A stretch of DNA of 29,764 nucleotides from assembly GCF_006345805.1 (NCBI RefSeq), contig NW_021832300.1, positions 1-29,764 on the forward strand, written 5' to 3'. The first letter of the stretch is position 1; every line of letters starts with the position of its first letter. Source of the stretch: Octopus sinensis. Lineage: Eukaryota. The translations under genes were made by a program, and so were the position numbers. The notes beneath the pieces are model-generated. The model searched no databases. It was not told the origin of the DNA and saw only the letters and a list, made by a program, of their open reading frames with translations. Positions 9,978 through 22,111 of this stretch are shown here, piece by piece.

Positions 9978-10017
9978 ACACACACACACCACACACACAC
10001 ACACACACATACACATA

Positions 10018-10048
<31 letters not shown>

Positions 10049-10104
10049 TACACACACACACACATTATTTTACTTGCTGAATACTAAAATCACTACTCTC
10101 ACTG

Positions 10105-10475
10105 CTGCCACCACCACCACCACCACCACTACCACATGCACTACCACCACCACCACCACCACTACCACCACTACCACAAGCACTAGCACTACCACCACCA
10201 CCACCACTACCACCACCACTAACACAAGCACTAGCACTACCACCACCACCACCACCACCACCACCACTACCACAAGCACTAGCACTACCACCACCACCAC
10301 CACCACCACCACTAACACAAGCACTAGCACTACCACCACCACCACCACCACCACCACCACTACCACAAGCACTAGCACTACCACCACCACCACCACCACC
10401 ACCACTAACACAAGCACTAGCACTACCACCACCACCACCACCACTACCACAAGCACCACCACCACCACCACCACC
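10105..10475. repeat. (ACC)n-based minisatellite with alternating A/B units
   Basis: ctaccacaagcactagcact and ctaacacaagcactagcact alternate at 10171, 10219, 10267, 10312, 10360, 10405 and 10444. Confidence 0.9.
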
Positions 10476-10559
10476 AACATCAACAACAACAAGAACACTC
10501 CTGGGTAGCAACCCATCCACCAACCCCTGCCACCACAAACCACTTTTACCCCCCCACAC

Positions 10560-10700
10560 ACACTCCGCCCCTCTGGACGCCCCACCCCCTGAAAGACCAC
10601 TTCCGCCCTCTTGCTTAACAACCTACTCCAACCAATAGATAGTAAGGAGATGAATGATGGTGGTGGTGGTGGGGGATAAAGGGGGGTGGGGTCGGGCACA
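10560..10700. promoter_or_regulatory. Candidate promoter-like motif cluster (GC box, CACCC, ETS-like, CCAAT, G4)
   Basis: ccgccc 10565-10570, cgcccacccc 10578-10587, cacttccgccc 10597-10607, aaccaatag 10630-10638, four G-tracts at 10671-10696. Motifs only; no transcript evidence. Confidence 0.3.
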
Positions 10701-10844
10701 CACCTGTAGATCCACAGGAGTGGTGGGCAGGAAGAAGTGCTGACAAAACAAGCTAAACCCTTTATGGACAGGAAACCTAATTAATCCCCTAAACTGGCCT
10801 TCCCTATTTTTAATATATACACTGCTCCGCAAGGCAGGGAGCTG

Positions 10845-11013
10845 GCAGAATCATTAGCACACAGGGCCAAATGCTTAGCAGGAATTTGGCTGCCATTACA
10901 TTCAATTCAAGGCTATAGCAGAAGACACTTGCCCAAGGTGCCACGCAGTGGGACTGAACCCGGAACCATGTGGTTGGTAAGCAAGCTACTTAGCACACAG
11001 CCACGCCTGCGCC
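10845..11013. mobile_element. Degenerate SINE-B head (+) joined to a SINE-A head (-)
   Basis: gagctggcagaatcattagcac...aaatgcttagc, then ggctatagcagaagacacttgccc...cacacagccacgcctgcgcct. Confidence 0.75.
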
Positions 11014-11132
11014 TTGTGGAGCTTTAGATGTTATCGCTCTATAAATACTGACAACGCCCGGTCTGGGAATCGGAACCGCGATCCTATGACCGCGAGTCCG
11101 CTGCCCTAACCACTAGGCCATTGCGCCTCCAC
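11014..11132 (-). mobile_element. tRNA-derived SINE head of a third family (SINE-H, tRNA-Arg-like)
   Basis: Reverse complement gtggaggcgcaatggcctagtggttagggcagcggactcgcggtcataggatcgcggttccgattccc has an A box, a B-box-like motif and a TCG triplet in the anticodon-like position. Confidence 0.7.
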
Positions 11133-12074
11133 ACACACACATATAATATATATATCTTTATATATATAAAACTGAGAATGTGTGTGTGTGTGTCTGTCTG
11201 TCTGTCTGTCTGTGTGTTTCCCTAAACCTTGAGAACTACACAACCAATTTCATTCAAATTTTACACATGCCTTACTTAGGGTCCATGTAGTTTCATGGGC
11301 AAAAAAAAAGTTCAACTTCTTGCCTGTGTCATGGGTACATCTAATATATATAAGTGTGTGTATATGTATAGACACAAAGGTATTCATGTCTAATCAATTA
11401 TACACACTCACACAGAAATGTATACACACAAAAAAAAGCCCCAGATATACACCTGTACAAGACATATGTATTTCCCCTGTACACATATTGGTATTTACCT
11501 GTACATACTGAAATAGTTACCTGTGTATACATCCACAGGTATCCATCAGTATAGGTATTTATCTGAACATACATAGGCATTTACCTGTGTTAACAGAGAC
11601 AGGTATCCATCTGCACACACACACACACACACATTTAACTACATATATGTACAGGTATTTATCTGTACACACACACTCACACACACACACACACACACAC
11701 ACAACACACACACACATACAAGCATTCACCTGTACACATAAACACACACATATAAATATTCATATGCAAACAGCACATACATATATAGTTATATGTATAG
11801 ACACACACACACTCACTCACACACACATATATATTCACCTGTATAAATCCCCAGTGTTCACCTATACAGTCACAGGTAATTTACCTGTACACTCATAGAT
11901 ATTTACCTGTGCATACACACGTGTCCTCTACAAGCACGCAACACATAAATATACATCTACGCACGCACACAAACACACACGCACACATACATACCACACT
12001 CACCTGTACACGCACTCACCTGTACACACACCTGTAAGTAGGTCAATTGATTTAAAGTAATCCAATCTGTAATG

Positions 12075-12830
12075 GTAGTGGGTGGTGGGGTAGACAGGAG
12101 GGAGTTGTGGTGGGGAGTAGTGGTGGCAGGAGGAGTGTAGTGGTGGCAGCAGTAGTGGTGGTGGTGGTGGTGGTGGTGGTGGTGGTGGTGGTGGTGGTGG
12201 GTAGCGACAAAAGAAGGTGGTAGTGGTGATGGTAGCAGTTTATGAGAAAAAAATAGTAGTATTGGTGGTGGTCTTAGTAGTGGTAGGGGTTGACATAACA
12301 GTATTGGTGGTAGTAATGGTGGTGGTGGTGGTAGTAGTAGTAGTTGTAGTAGTAGTAGTAGTAATAGTAGTAGTAGTAGTAGTGATAGTACTACTACTAC
12401 TAGTATTGGTGGTAGTATTGGTGGTGTTGGTGGTGGTGGTGGTAGTAGTAGTTGTAGTAGTAGTAGTAATAGTAGTAGTAGTAGTAGTAGTGATAGTGGT
12501 TTCATAATAGTATTGGTGGTAGTAATGGTGTTGGTGGTGGTAGTAGTAGTAGTGGTTGTCATAGTGGTAATGGTGATAGTGATGGTGGTGGTGGCGGCGG
12601 TGGTAGTAGTAGTGGCTGTGATGGTTGTTGTTGTAGTGGTAGTGGTGGTACTTGTAGTTGTAGGAGCAGCAGTAGTATAGGTGGTGGTAGATGTGGTGGT
12701 GATACTGGCTAAGAGTAAAATAGGTAAGAAGGTACGGTCGCAGTGGTGGTGGTAATTTTGAGGGTAGTACTGGCGCCAGTAGATATGATATGCCTTCTAT
12801 TGTGTGTGGTGGTGGTGGTTCTATAGCTGT
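12075..12830. repeat. (GGT/AGT)n low-complexity tract
   Basis: Read directly from the sequence. Confidence 0.9.
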
Positions 12831-12929
12831 TGTTGTTTAACCCCAGGTTATCCACCTCCGAGCTCATCCGTGATCAAAAAACATTTCAGATGTGATCCAG
12901 AACCATCTTATATTTTTTTATTATCTTTA

Positions 12930-13073
12930 CACTCTTCAGTCATTTGACCGCGGCCATGCTGGAGCACCACTTTGAACGGGTTTGGTCGAACAAATCGACC
13001 CCCAACCCCCTTCCTTCAGGACTTACCTTTGTAAGCCTAGTACTTATTTTATAGGTCTCTTTCGCTGAACCAC
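12930..13073 (-). mobile_element. SINE-A 3' fragment
   Basis: cagtcatttgaccgcggccatgctggagcacc...ggtctctttcgctgaacc. Confidence 0.85.
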
Positions 13074-13308
13074 TGGCTGTGTGGTAAGTAGCTTGCTTCC
13101 GAACCACATGGTTCTGTGTTCGGTCCCACTGCGTGGCACCTTGGGCAAGTGTCTTCTACTATAGCCTCGGGCCGACCAAAGCCTTGTGAGTGGATCTGGT
13201 AGACGGAAACTGTTACAAAGAATAAGATTTGCTCGACTGAACGCGGTGCTCCAGCATGGACGCAGTCAAATGACTAAAACAAATAAAAGAAACAGAAAGA
13301 AAAAAAAA
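13074..13308 (+). mobile_element. Internally deleted SINE-A
   Basis: Head tggctgtgtggtaagtagc...ggaaactg is fused directly to the 3' part ttacaaagaataag...gcggtgctccagcatgg, followed by an A-rich tail. Confidence 0.85.
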
Positions 13309-13328
13309 TATATATGTATAAATATATA

Positions 13329-13730
13329 TAGGTGCAGGAGTGGCTGTGTGGTAAGTAGCTTGCTAACCAACCACATGGTTCCGGGTTCAGTCCCACTGCG
13401 TGGCATCTTGGGCAAGTGTCTTCTGCTATAGCCCCGGGCCGACCAATGCCTTGTGAGTGGGTTTGGTAGATGGAAACTGAAAGAATCCCGTCGTATATAT
13501 GTATATGTATGTGTGTTTGTGTGTCTGTGTTTGTCCCCCCAACATTGCTTGACAACTGATGCTGGTGTGTTTATGTCACCGTCACTTAGCGGTTCGGCAA
13601 AAGAGACCGATAGAATAAGTACTGGGCTTACAAAAGAATAAGTCCCAGGGTTGAGTTGCTCGACTAAAGGCGGTGCTCCAGCATGGCCACAGTCAAATGA
13701 CTGAAACAAGTAAAAGAGAGAGTAAAGAGT
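13329..13730 (+). mobile_element. Full-length SINE-A
   Basis: Head aggtgcaggagtggctgtgtgg through tail gactgaaacaagtaaaagagagagtaaagag. Confidence 0.92.
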
Positions 13731-13777
13731 ATATATATATATATAAACAAGTCAAATTGATATACATATATATATAG

Positions 13778-13822
<45 letters not shown>

Positions 13823-13826
13823 TATA

Positions 13827-13916
<90 letters not shown>

Positions 13917-13920
<4 letters not shown>

Positions 13921-14256
13921 AGATAAGAAAATGGAGAAATACATCTTCCTTATGTACACAGATTTGTTCTGCTTTTATATTTAATCCTACAGTCTCTTAT
14001 GTGGTGGTTTAATAAAGTATGTGATTGAGTATTATCTGGTAATTGATATTTGATTTCGATGTATTTCTCCATTTTCTTATCTTGTATTAGTAATTTGTGG
14101 TAAATCATTTTACCTTTGCCCATATAATACAGTAAATGAATTGATTGCATCGCAATCCTTAACATTTATGTATTAACTTTGTTGGGTACCTCACTAGCAG
14201 TATATTGGATATATGTTATCCCATGGAGGGTTGCATTTACAACCCCTATCTCAATT

Positions 14257-14260
<4 letters not shown>
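13917..14260. mobile_element. Second (TA)n-flanked element F, with a 29-bp inverted terminal arm
   Basis: 14000-14260 is homologous (reverse complement) to 7628-7870. 13917-13945 is the exact inverse of 14058-14086. Long (TA)n runs on both sides. Confidence 0.8.
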
Positions 14261-14296
<36 letters not shown>

Positions 14297-14584
14297 TACA
14301 CGTATATAACCACACATATATATATACATTTATATATATACATTTTATATATATATAATATATATATATATATATGTATATGTTATATATATATATATGA
14401 ATATATAATAAATGTATATATATGTGTGTATATATACGGGTATATATGTATATATATATATATATGAACAGACATAACACCGAGATGAGTGCGTTTTTGT
14501 TGTTTGTGGCTTGGCTGTGTTTTAGGCATAAGAGAATATATTCTCAATGTACCTGGTGTTTGAAACACCTGAAGGTAAATCAGA

Positions 14585-14676
14585 GGCAAGAGAGACAACT
14601 CACATCAGGTCCCTTTCTGGAGTAACAGATGTCTGACCCTCCGAGAAGGGATCTGATGTGAGTTGTTGTTGTTGTC
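14585..14676 (+). ncRNA. Candidate pri-/pre-miRNA hairpin
   Basis: 28-bp stem, 14595-14622 with 14639-14666 (24 Watson-Crick, 3 G-U, 1 C-A), 16-nt loop and a looser ~10-bp basal extension. I do not recognise the mature sequence. Confidence 0.35.
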
Positions 14677-14737
14677 GTTGTCATCATCATCATCGCCATT
14701 GTCATGATCATTGATATTGTCATCGTCATCATCATCC

Positions 14738-15151
14738 ATTTCTTTACAGCCCACAAGGGGCTAAACACAGAGGGGACAAACAAGGACAGACAGATGGATT
14801 AAGTCGATTACATCGACCCCAGTGCGTAACTGGTACTTATTTAATCGACCCCGAAAGGATGAAAGCAAAGTCGACCTCGGCGGAATTTGAACTCAGAACA
14901 TAGCAGTAGAAGAAATACCCATTTCTTTACTACCCACAAGGGGCTAAACACAGAGAGGGGACAAACAGGGACAGACAAACGGATTAAGTCGATTATATCG
15001 ACCCCAGTGTGTAACTGGTACTTATTTAATCAACCCCGAAAGGATGAAAGGCAAAGTCGACCTCGGCGGAATTTGAACTCAGAACGTAACGGCAGACAAA
15101 ATACTGCTACGCATTTCGCCCGGCGTGCTAACGTTTCTGCCAGCTCGCCGT
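14738..15151 (-). mobile_element. SINE-B dimer (one head, two bodies)
   Basis: Two bodies joined at gaaatacccatttctttac (~14912-14930); head gctaacgtttctgccagctcgccg at the right end. Confidence 0.9.
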
Positions 15152-15496
15152 CACCATCATAATCATCGTCCTCCCCCTCTTCATCACCACCCTCACCAAC
15201 AACACCGCATCAGGATAATTTCTTAGTAAGCGAAAATAAAAAAATAAACCAAAGAAGAAGAAAAGTGAAAATAAGTGAAAAAAAAATTAAAAGTACGTAT
15301 ACCCAAAATGTCTTCATGGGTGCTGTGTCTCGGAAGTATTCTGCGCCCTTGTTTAGGAGAAGATTAGGGGAATTTGATAAAGTGCATGAAGTGAACTGGA
15401 GGGCCATGGTTAGGGGTCAATTTATAAAATGTACACACAGTGTACAAAATGGCAGTCTGTCTGTTTGTCTGACTACGTGGCTCTCTTCTTATGGGT

Positions 15497-15569
15497 ATCT
15501 GGGTAGCTCAGTGGTTAGAGCACTGGTCTTGTAAACCAGAGGTTGTTAGTTTGATCCTCACTGGGGGCT
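15497..15569 (+). pseudogene. tRNA-Thr(UGU) pseudogene or tRNA-derived fragment
   Basis: D arm GCTC-AGTGGTTA-GAGC and anticodon arm CTGGT-CT-TGT-AA-ACCAG (TGT at 15530-15532) are intact. The T arm shows CpG decay (TTTGATC loop, GTTAG/CTCAC stem). The 5' acceptor strand ATCTGGG cannot pair with the 3' TGGGGGC. Confidence 0.8.
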
Positions 15570-15609
15570 TGTAGAAATTCGTGTCTATGTTTGTTATATT
15601 ACATTTTGA

Positions 15610-15658
15610 ATGGCGGTGCCCCTGTTTGGCCACAGTCCCTGGACTGAAACGGAAAAAT
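15610..15658 (+). mobile_element. Degenerate SINE-A 3' end
   Basis: ggcggtgcccctgtttggccacagtccctggactgaaac resembles ggcggtgctccagcatggccgcagtcaaatgactgaaac. Confidence 0.55.
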
Positions 15659-16094
15659 ATATATATGTTTGTATGTATATGCGTGTATCCAAATAAGAGT
15701 CAAAGAACTCTTTAGCCACAAAAGCACATGTTCTATTTACATACTTGTATGTATAAGTGTATATATATATACATGTGTGCGTGTTGTGTGTGTATGTATT
15801 TGTAGGTATACGTATAAATGCCTACTTAGTAGTGTTTACTTGGTTATATATATATATATATATACCTGAGTATCTCCACATGTGTTTGTGTATATGCACA
15901 TATGTGAGCGTGAGATTTACATACATATGCGTGTGTGTGTGTGTGTGAACTTGCATAAAAAGTATTATATTTTACTTTATCCAATGTGGACCAGTGCCAT
16001 CAGAGTTCTGTAGCCATGAAGAAGACCTAGAACAGAAAGAAAAAAAAACATATTTACTTTACAATGAATATAGCAACACTAAAAAATTGGAGTC

Positions 16095-16282
16095 AAATTT
16101 TGGCACAAGACCAGCAAGGTGGGGTAAGTCGGGTACATCGATCCCAAGTGTTCTCTCTTTACTCTTTTACTTGTTTCAGTCATTTTGACTGCGGCCATGC
16201 TGGAGCACCGCCTTTAATCGAGCAAATCGACCCCGGGACTTATTCTTTTGTAAGCCCAGTACTTATTTTATCGGTCTCTTTG
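16095..16282 (-). mobile_element. SINE-B-variant fragment plus SINE-A 3' fragment
   Basis: ggcacaagaccagcaag...gtcgggtacatcgatccc, then ctctttactcttttacttgtttcagtc...cggtctctttg. Confidence 0.75.
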
Positions 16283-16487
16283 TCTGTCTGACTCCCTCTC
16301 TGACTCTCCCTATCTCTCTCTCTCTCTCTCTCTGTGCTTCTCTCTGTCTGACTCCTCTCTCTCTCCTTCCATTTCTCTCCCTCTGACTCCCTCACTGTCT
16401 TTGTCTGTCTGACTCCCTCTTTCTCTCTCCTCCCTCTCTGTCTCTCCCTCTCTCTCTCTGTGCCTCTTTCCTTCTATCTCTATCTCT

Positions 16488-16524
<37 letters not shown>

Positions 16525-16560
16525 AGCATGTTTCTCTTCATGAGTGTGAGGAGAGAGAAA
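16283..16560. repeat. (CT)n polypyrimidine low-complexity tract (a mirror GA-rich tract lies at 16770-16900)
   Basis: Read directly from the sequence. Confidence 0.9.
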
Positions 16561-16961
16561 GTATTTATGTCAATTATGTTCAATTAATAATTCATGTCTC
16601 TCTCTCCCTTTCTCTCTCAAACACACACTTTCTATCTGTAAATGCATATTTCTGCAAGCCTGGTGCGTGTGAGTGTGTTCCACCACCAAAGAATGCACCG
16701 TTGCCTGCTCAAACAGGTCTATCAGCTTGTCTCGTCTGCATCTAAAACAGCTGTGCCAAATGGTCTCATTCCGAGCATGGAGGGAGAGAAAGAGAGAGAG
16801 AGAGAGAGAGAGTGGGGGGGGGGAGAGAGAGAGAGAAAGAGAGAAAGAACAAAAGATGAGGAAAGACAGAGAGAAGCAGAGAGAGAGTTTGGAAGCTTTA
16901 CGTGTCACCAGACACAAAGTGAAAAGAACAACAGGCGGACTCTCCTAAACAGGTTTGTCCG

Positions 16962-16976
16962 ATTTGCATAACAATG
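16962..16976 (-). promoter_or_regulatory. Sox-POU (Sox-Oct) composite motif CATTGTTATGCAAAT
   Basis: Plus strand atttgcataacaatg; its reverse complement is the canonical composite consensus. Lies in non-repetitive sequence with several TAAT/TAATTA sites at 16985-17050. Confidence 0.5.
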
Positions 16977-17160
16977 CGCGGATTGATAATGAGGAGTAAT
17001 TAATTCAGAGCAATTAAGTCAGAGCTACTATACAAGTAATTAATAAACGATTCAACATGTAATATAAATGTTAGGTATTCATTTGCTAATTGTTTCTTTC
17101 TTTTGTTTCATTCTTGCATGGGTTAGGCCAGGGTTTGGGGGACATTTTTAACCAATTACC

Positions 17161-18126
17161 TATTTCTTTACTACCCACAAGGGGCTAAGCACAGAGGAGA
17201 CAAACAAGGACAGACATAGGTATTAAGTCGATTACGTCGACTCCAGTGCGTAACTGGTACTTAATTTATCGACCTCCGAAAGGATGAAAGGCAAAGTCGA
17301 CCTCGGCGGAATTTGAACTCAGAATGTAACGGCAGACGAAATACATATTTCTTTATTACCCACAAGGGGCTAAACACAGAGGGGACAAACAAGGACAGAC
17401 ATAGGTATTAAGTCGATTACATCGACTCCAGTGCGTAACTGGTACTTAATTTATCGACACCGAAAGGATGAAAGGCAAAGTTGACCTCGGCGGAATTTGA
17501 ACTCAGAACGTAAAGACAGACGAAATACCTATTTCTTTACAACCCACAAGGGGCTAAACACAGAGGGGACAAACAAGGACAGAAATAGGTATTAAGTCGA
17601 TTACGTCGACTCCAGTGCGTAACTGGTACTTAATTTATCGACCTCCGAAAGGATGAAAGGCAAAGTCGACCTCGGCGGAATTTGAACTCACAACGTAACG
17701 CAGACGAAATACCTATTTCTTTACTACCCACAAGGGGCTAAACACTGAGAGGACAAACAAGGACAGACATAGGTATTAAGTCGATTATATCGACCTCAGT
17801 GCGTAACTGGTACTTAATTTATCGACCCCGAAAGGATGAAAGGCAAAGTCGACCTCGGTGGAATTTGAACTCAGAACGTAACGCAGACGAAATACCTATT
17901 TCTTTACTACCCACAAGGGGCTAAACACTGAGGGGACAAACAAGGACAGACATAGGTATTAAGTCGATTACATCAACCCCAGTGCATAACTGGTACTTAA
18001 TTTATCGACCCTGAAAGGATGACAGGCAAAGTCGACCTTGGTGGAATTTGAACTCACAACGTAACGCAGACGAAATACCGCTAAGCATTTCGCCCGGCGT
18101 GCTAACGTTTCTGCCAGCTCGCCGCC
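17161..18126 (-). mobile_element. SINE-B pentamer (one head, five ~184-bp bodies)
   Basis: Units start at 17161, 17346, 17530, 17714 and 17897. The head (gctaacgtttctgccagctcgccgcc) is present only once, at 18080-18126. The central gcctttcatcctttcggggtcgataaattaagtaccag resembles the MetaSINE-type conserved domain (from memory). Confidence 0.92.
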
Positions 18127-18134
18127 CTTTTAAC

Positions 18135-18700
18135 CAATTACCATCACCATCATCATTTCACGTCCGCTTTCCGTGCTGGCATGGGTTGGACGGTTTGATC
18201 GAGAACTGGTAAGTCGAGGAGCTGCTCCAGGTTCTGATCTGATTTGGCGTGGTTTCTATACTTGGTTGCCCTTCCTAATGCCAACCACTCCAAGAGTGTA
18301 GTGGGGACTTGTGAAAGGTAGGAGAGTCCAGTTTGCTGGACATTGTTGTAGAGCTGAAAAAGAGGTAATATCTACTCTTCTCCTCTGGAAGCCATCTACT
18401 CGCAATACCAGAGGGCGCACACTCTCCTACCCTGATGCAATCTCCAGGGATACAGGCATCCAGCAACAGGACCTCCGTAATTCTATGATGGACCGTGAAG
18501 TCTGGCGTATCATAGTAAATTCCATTGTCTCGACCACGGTCGAACAATGATGATGAGTGGGAACTTTTTACGTGCCACCAGTACAGCGCACCATTGACTG
18601 ACACCAGAATTGGCCATGACTATGATCTCATTTGGCTTGTCAGGTCTACACGGGCACGGTATATTGCCAAAGACCCCTACCACCTATCAGTGCCTCCGTG
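18135..18700 (-). mobile_element. SINE-C interrupted by an RTE fragment
   Basis: catcatcatttcacgtccgctttccgtgctggcatgggttgg...gcccttcctaatgccaaccactcc, resuming after 18555 with ctttttacgtgccacc. Confidence 0.75.
18311..18555 (+). mobile_element. Second RTE-clade LINE 3' fragment with (TGA)n tail and 11-bp TSD
   Basis: Encodes VKGRRVQFAGHCCRAEKEVISTLLLWKP...RGRTLSYPDAISRDTG...SMMDREVWRIIV (RTE-type GH...RGR...DR..W C-terminus). TSD agtggggactt (18300-18310) and agtgggaactt (18556-18566). Confidence 0.85.
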
Positions 18701-18704
18701 AGGC

Positions 18705-18965
18705 CCATGCTGTAATGTGGTTGCCATTTGGAAGGGCATCCATCTGTAAAAACCCTGCCAAAACTGACCTCACCTGTGCTGATGTCATGTAAAAAGCACA
18801 TAGTCCAGTCTGTGGGGTGGTCACTGTTAAGAAGGGTATCCAGCTGTAAAAACCATGCCTAAACCGAAACAGAAGCATGGCGCAGGCTCCTACCTGGCCA
18901 GCTCCTACCTGGCCAGCTCCTGTCAAACAATCCAACCCATGCCGGCATGGAAGGAGGACGTTAGG
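18705..18965 (+). mobile_element. SINE-C 3' portion whose tail runs into the (GAT)n satellite
   Basis: ggaagggcatccatctgtaaaaacc...aacccatgccggcatggaaggaggacgttagg. Confidence 0.75.
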
Positions 18966-21900
<2,935 letters not shown>

Positions 21901-22111
21901 ACCCCCTCTTGATTTGAAGAGAAGACAAATCATTGATTCTTTGAATTCAAAAGGTTTATTGGATCTGTTTCTTTGGAAAAAACAATCATAAAAATATAAA
22001 AAGTGTAAAACAAATGCAATAAAATTAATTAATATCCTCATTAGGAAACAAAAAGGATTTTTCTGGAAACTTTGTCCAGTTCAGGTTTTGGAGAAATGGT
22101 GTTCTTTAAAT

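Noticed and set aside
9948-10699. Thr-rich and Gly-rich ORFs
   Set aside because: Translation of the ACC minisatellite.
15265-15534. 89-aa ORF upstream of and overlapping the tRNA relic
   Set aside because: No recognisable domain, it runs into the tRNA sequence, and there is no splice-site support.
17161-18126. CRISPR-like or satellite array
   Set aside because: Units are whole SINE bodies with no unique spacers, and the context is eukaryotic.
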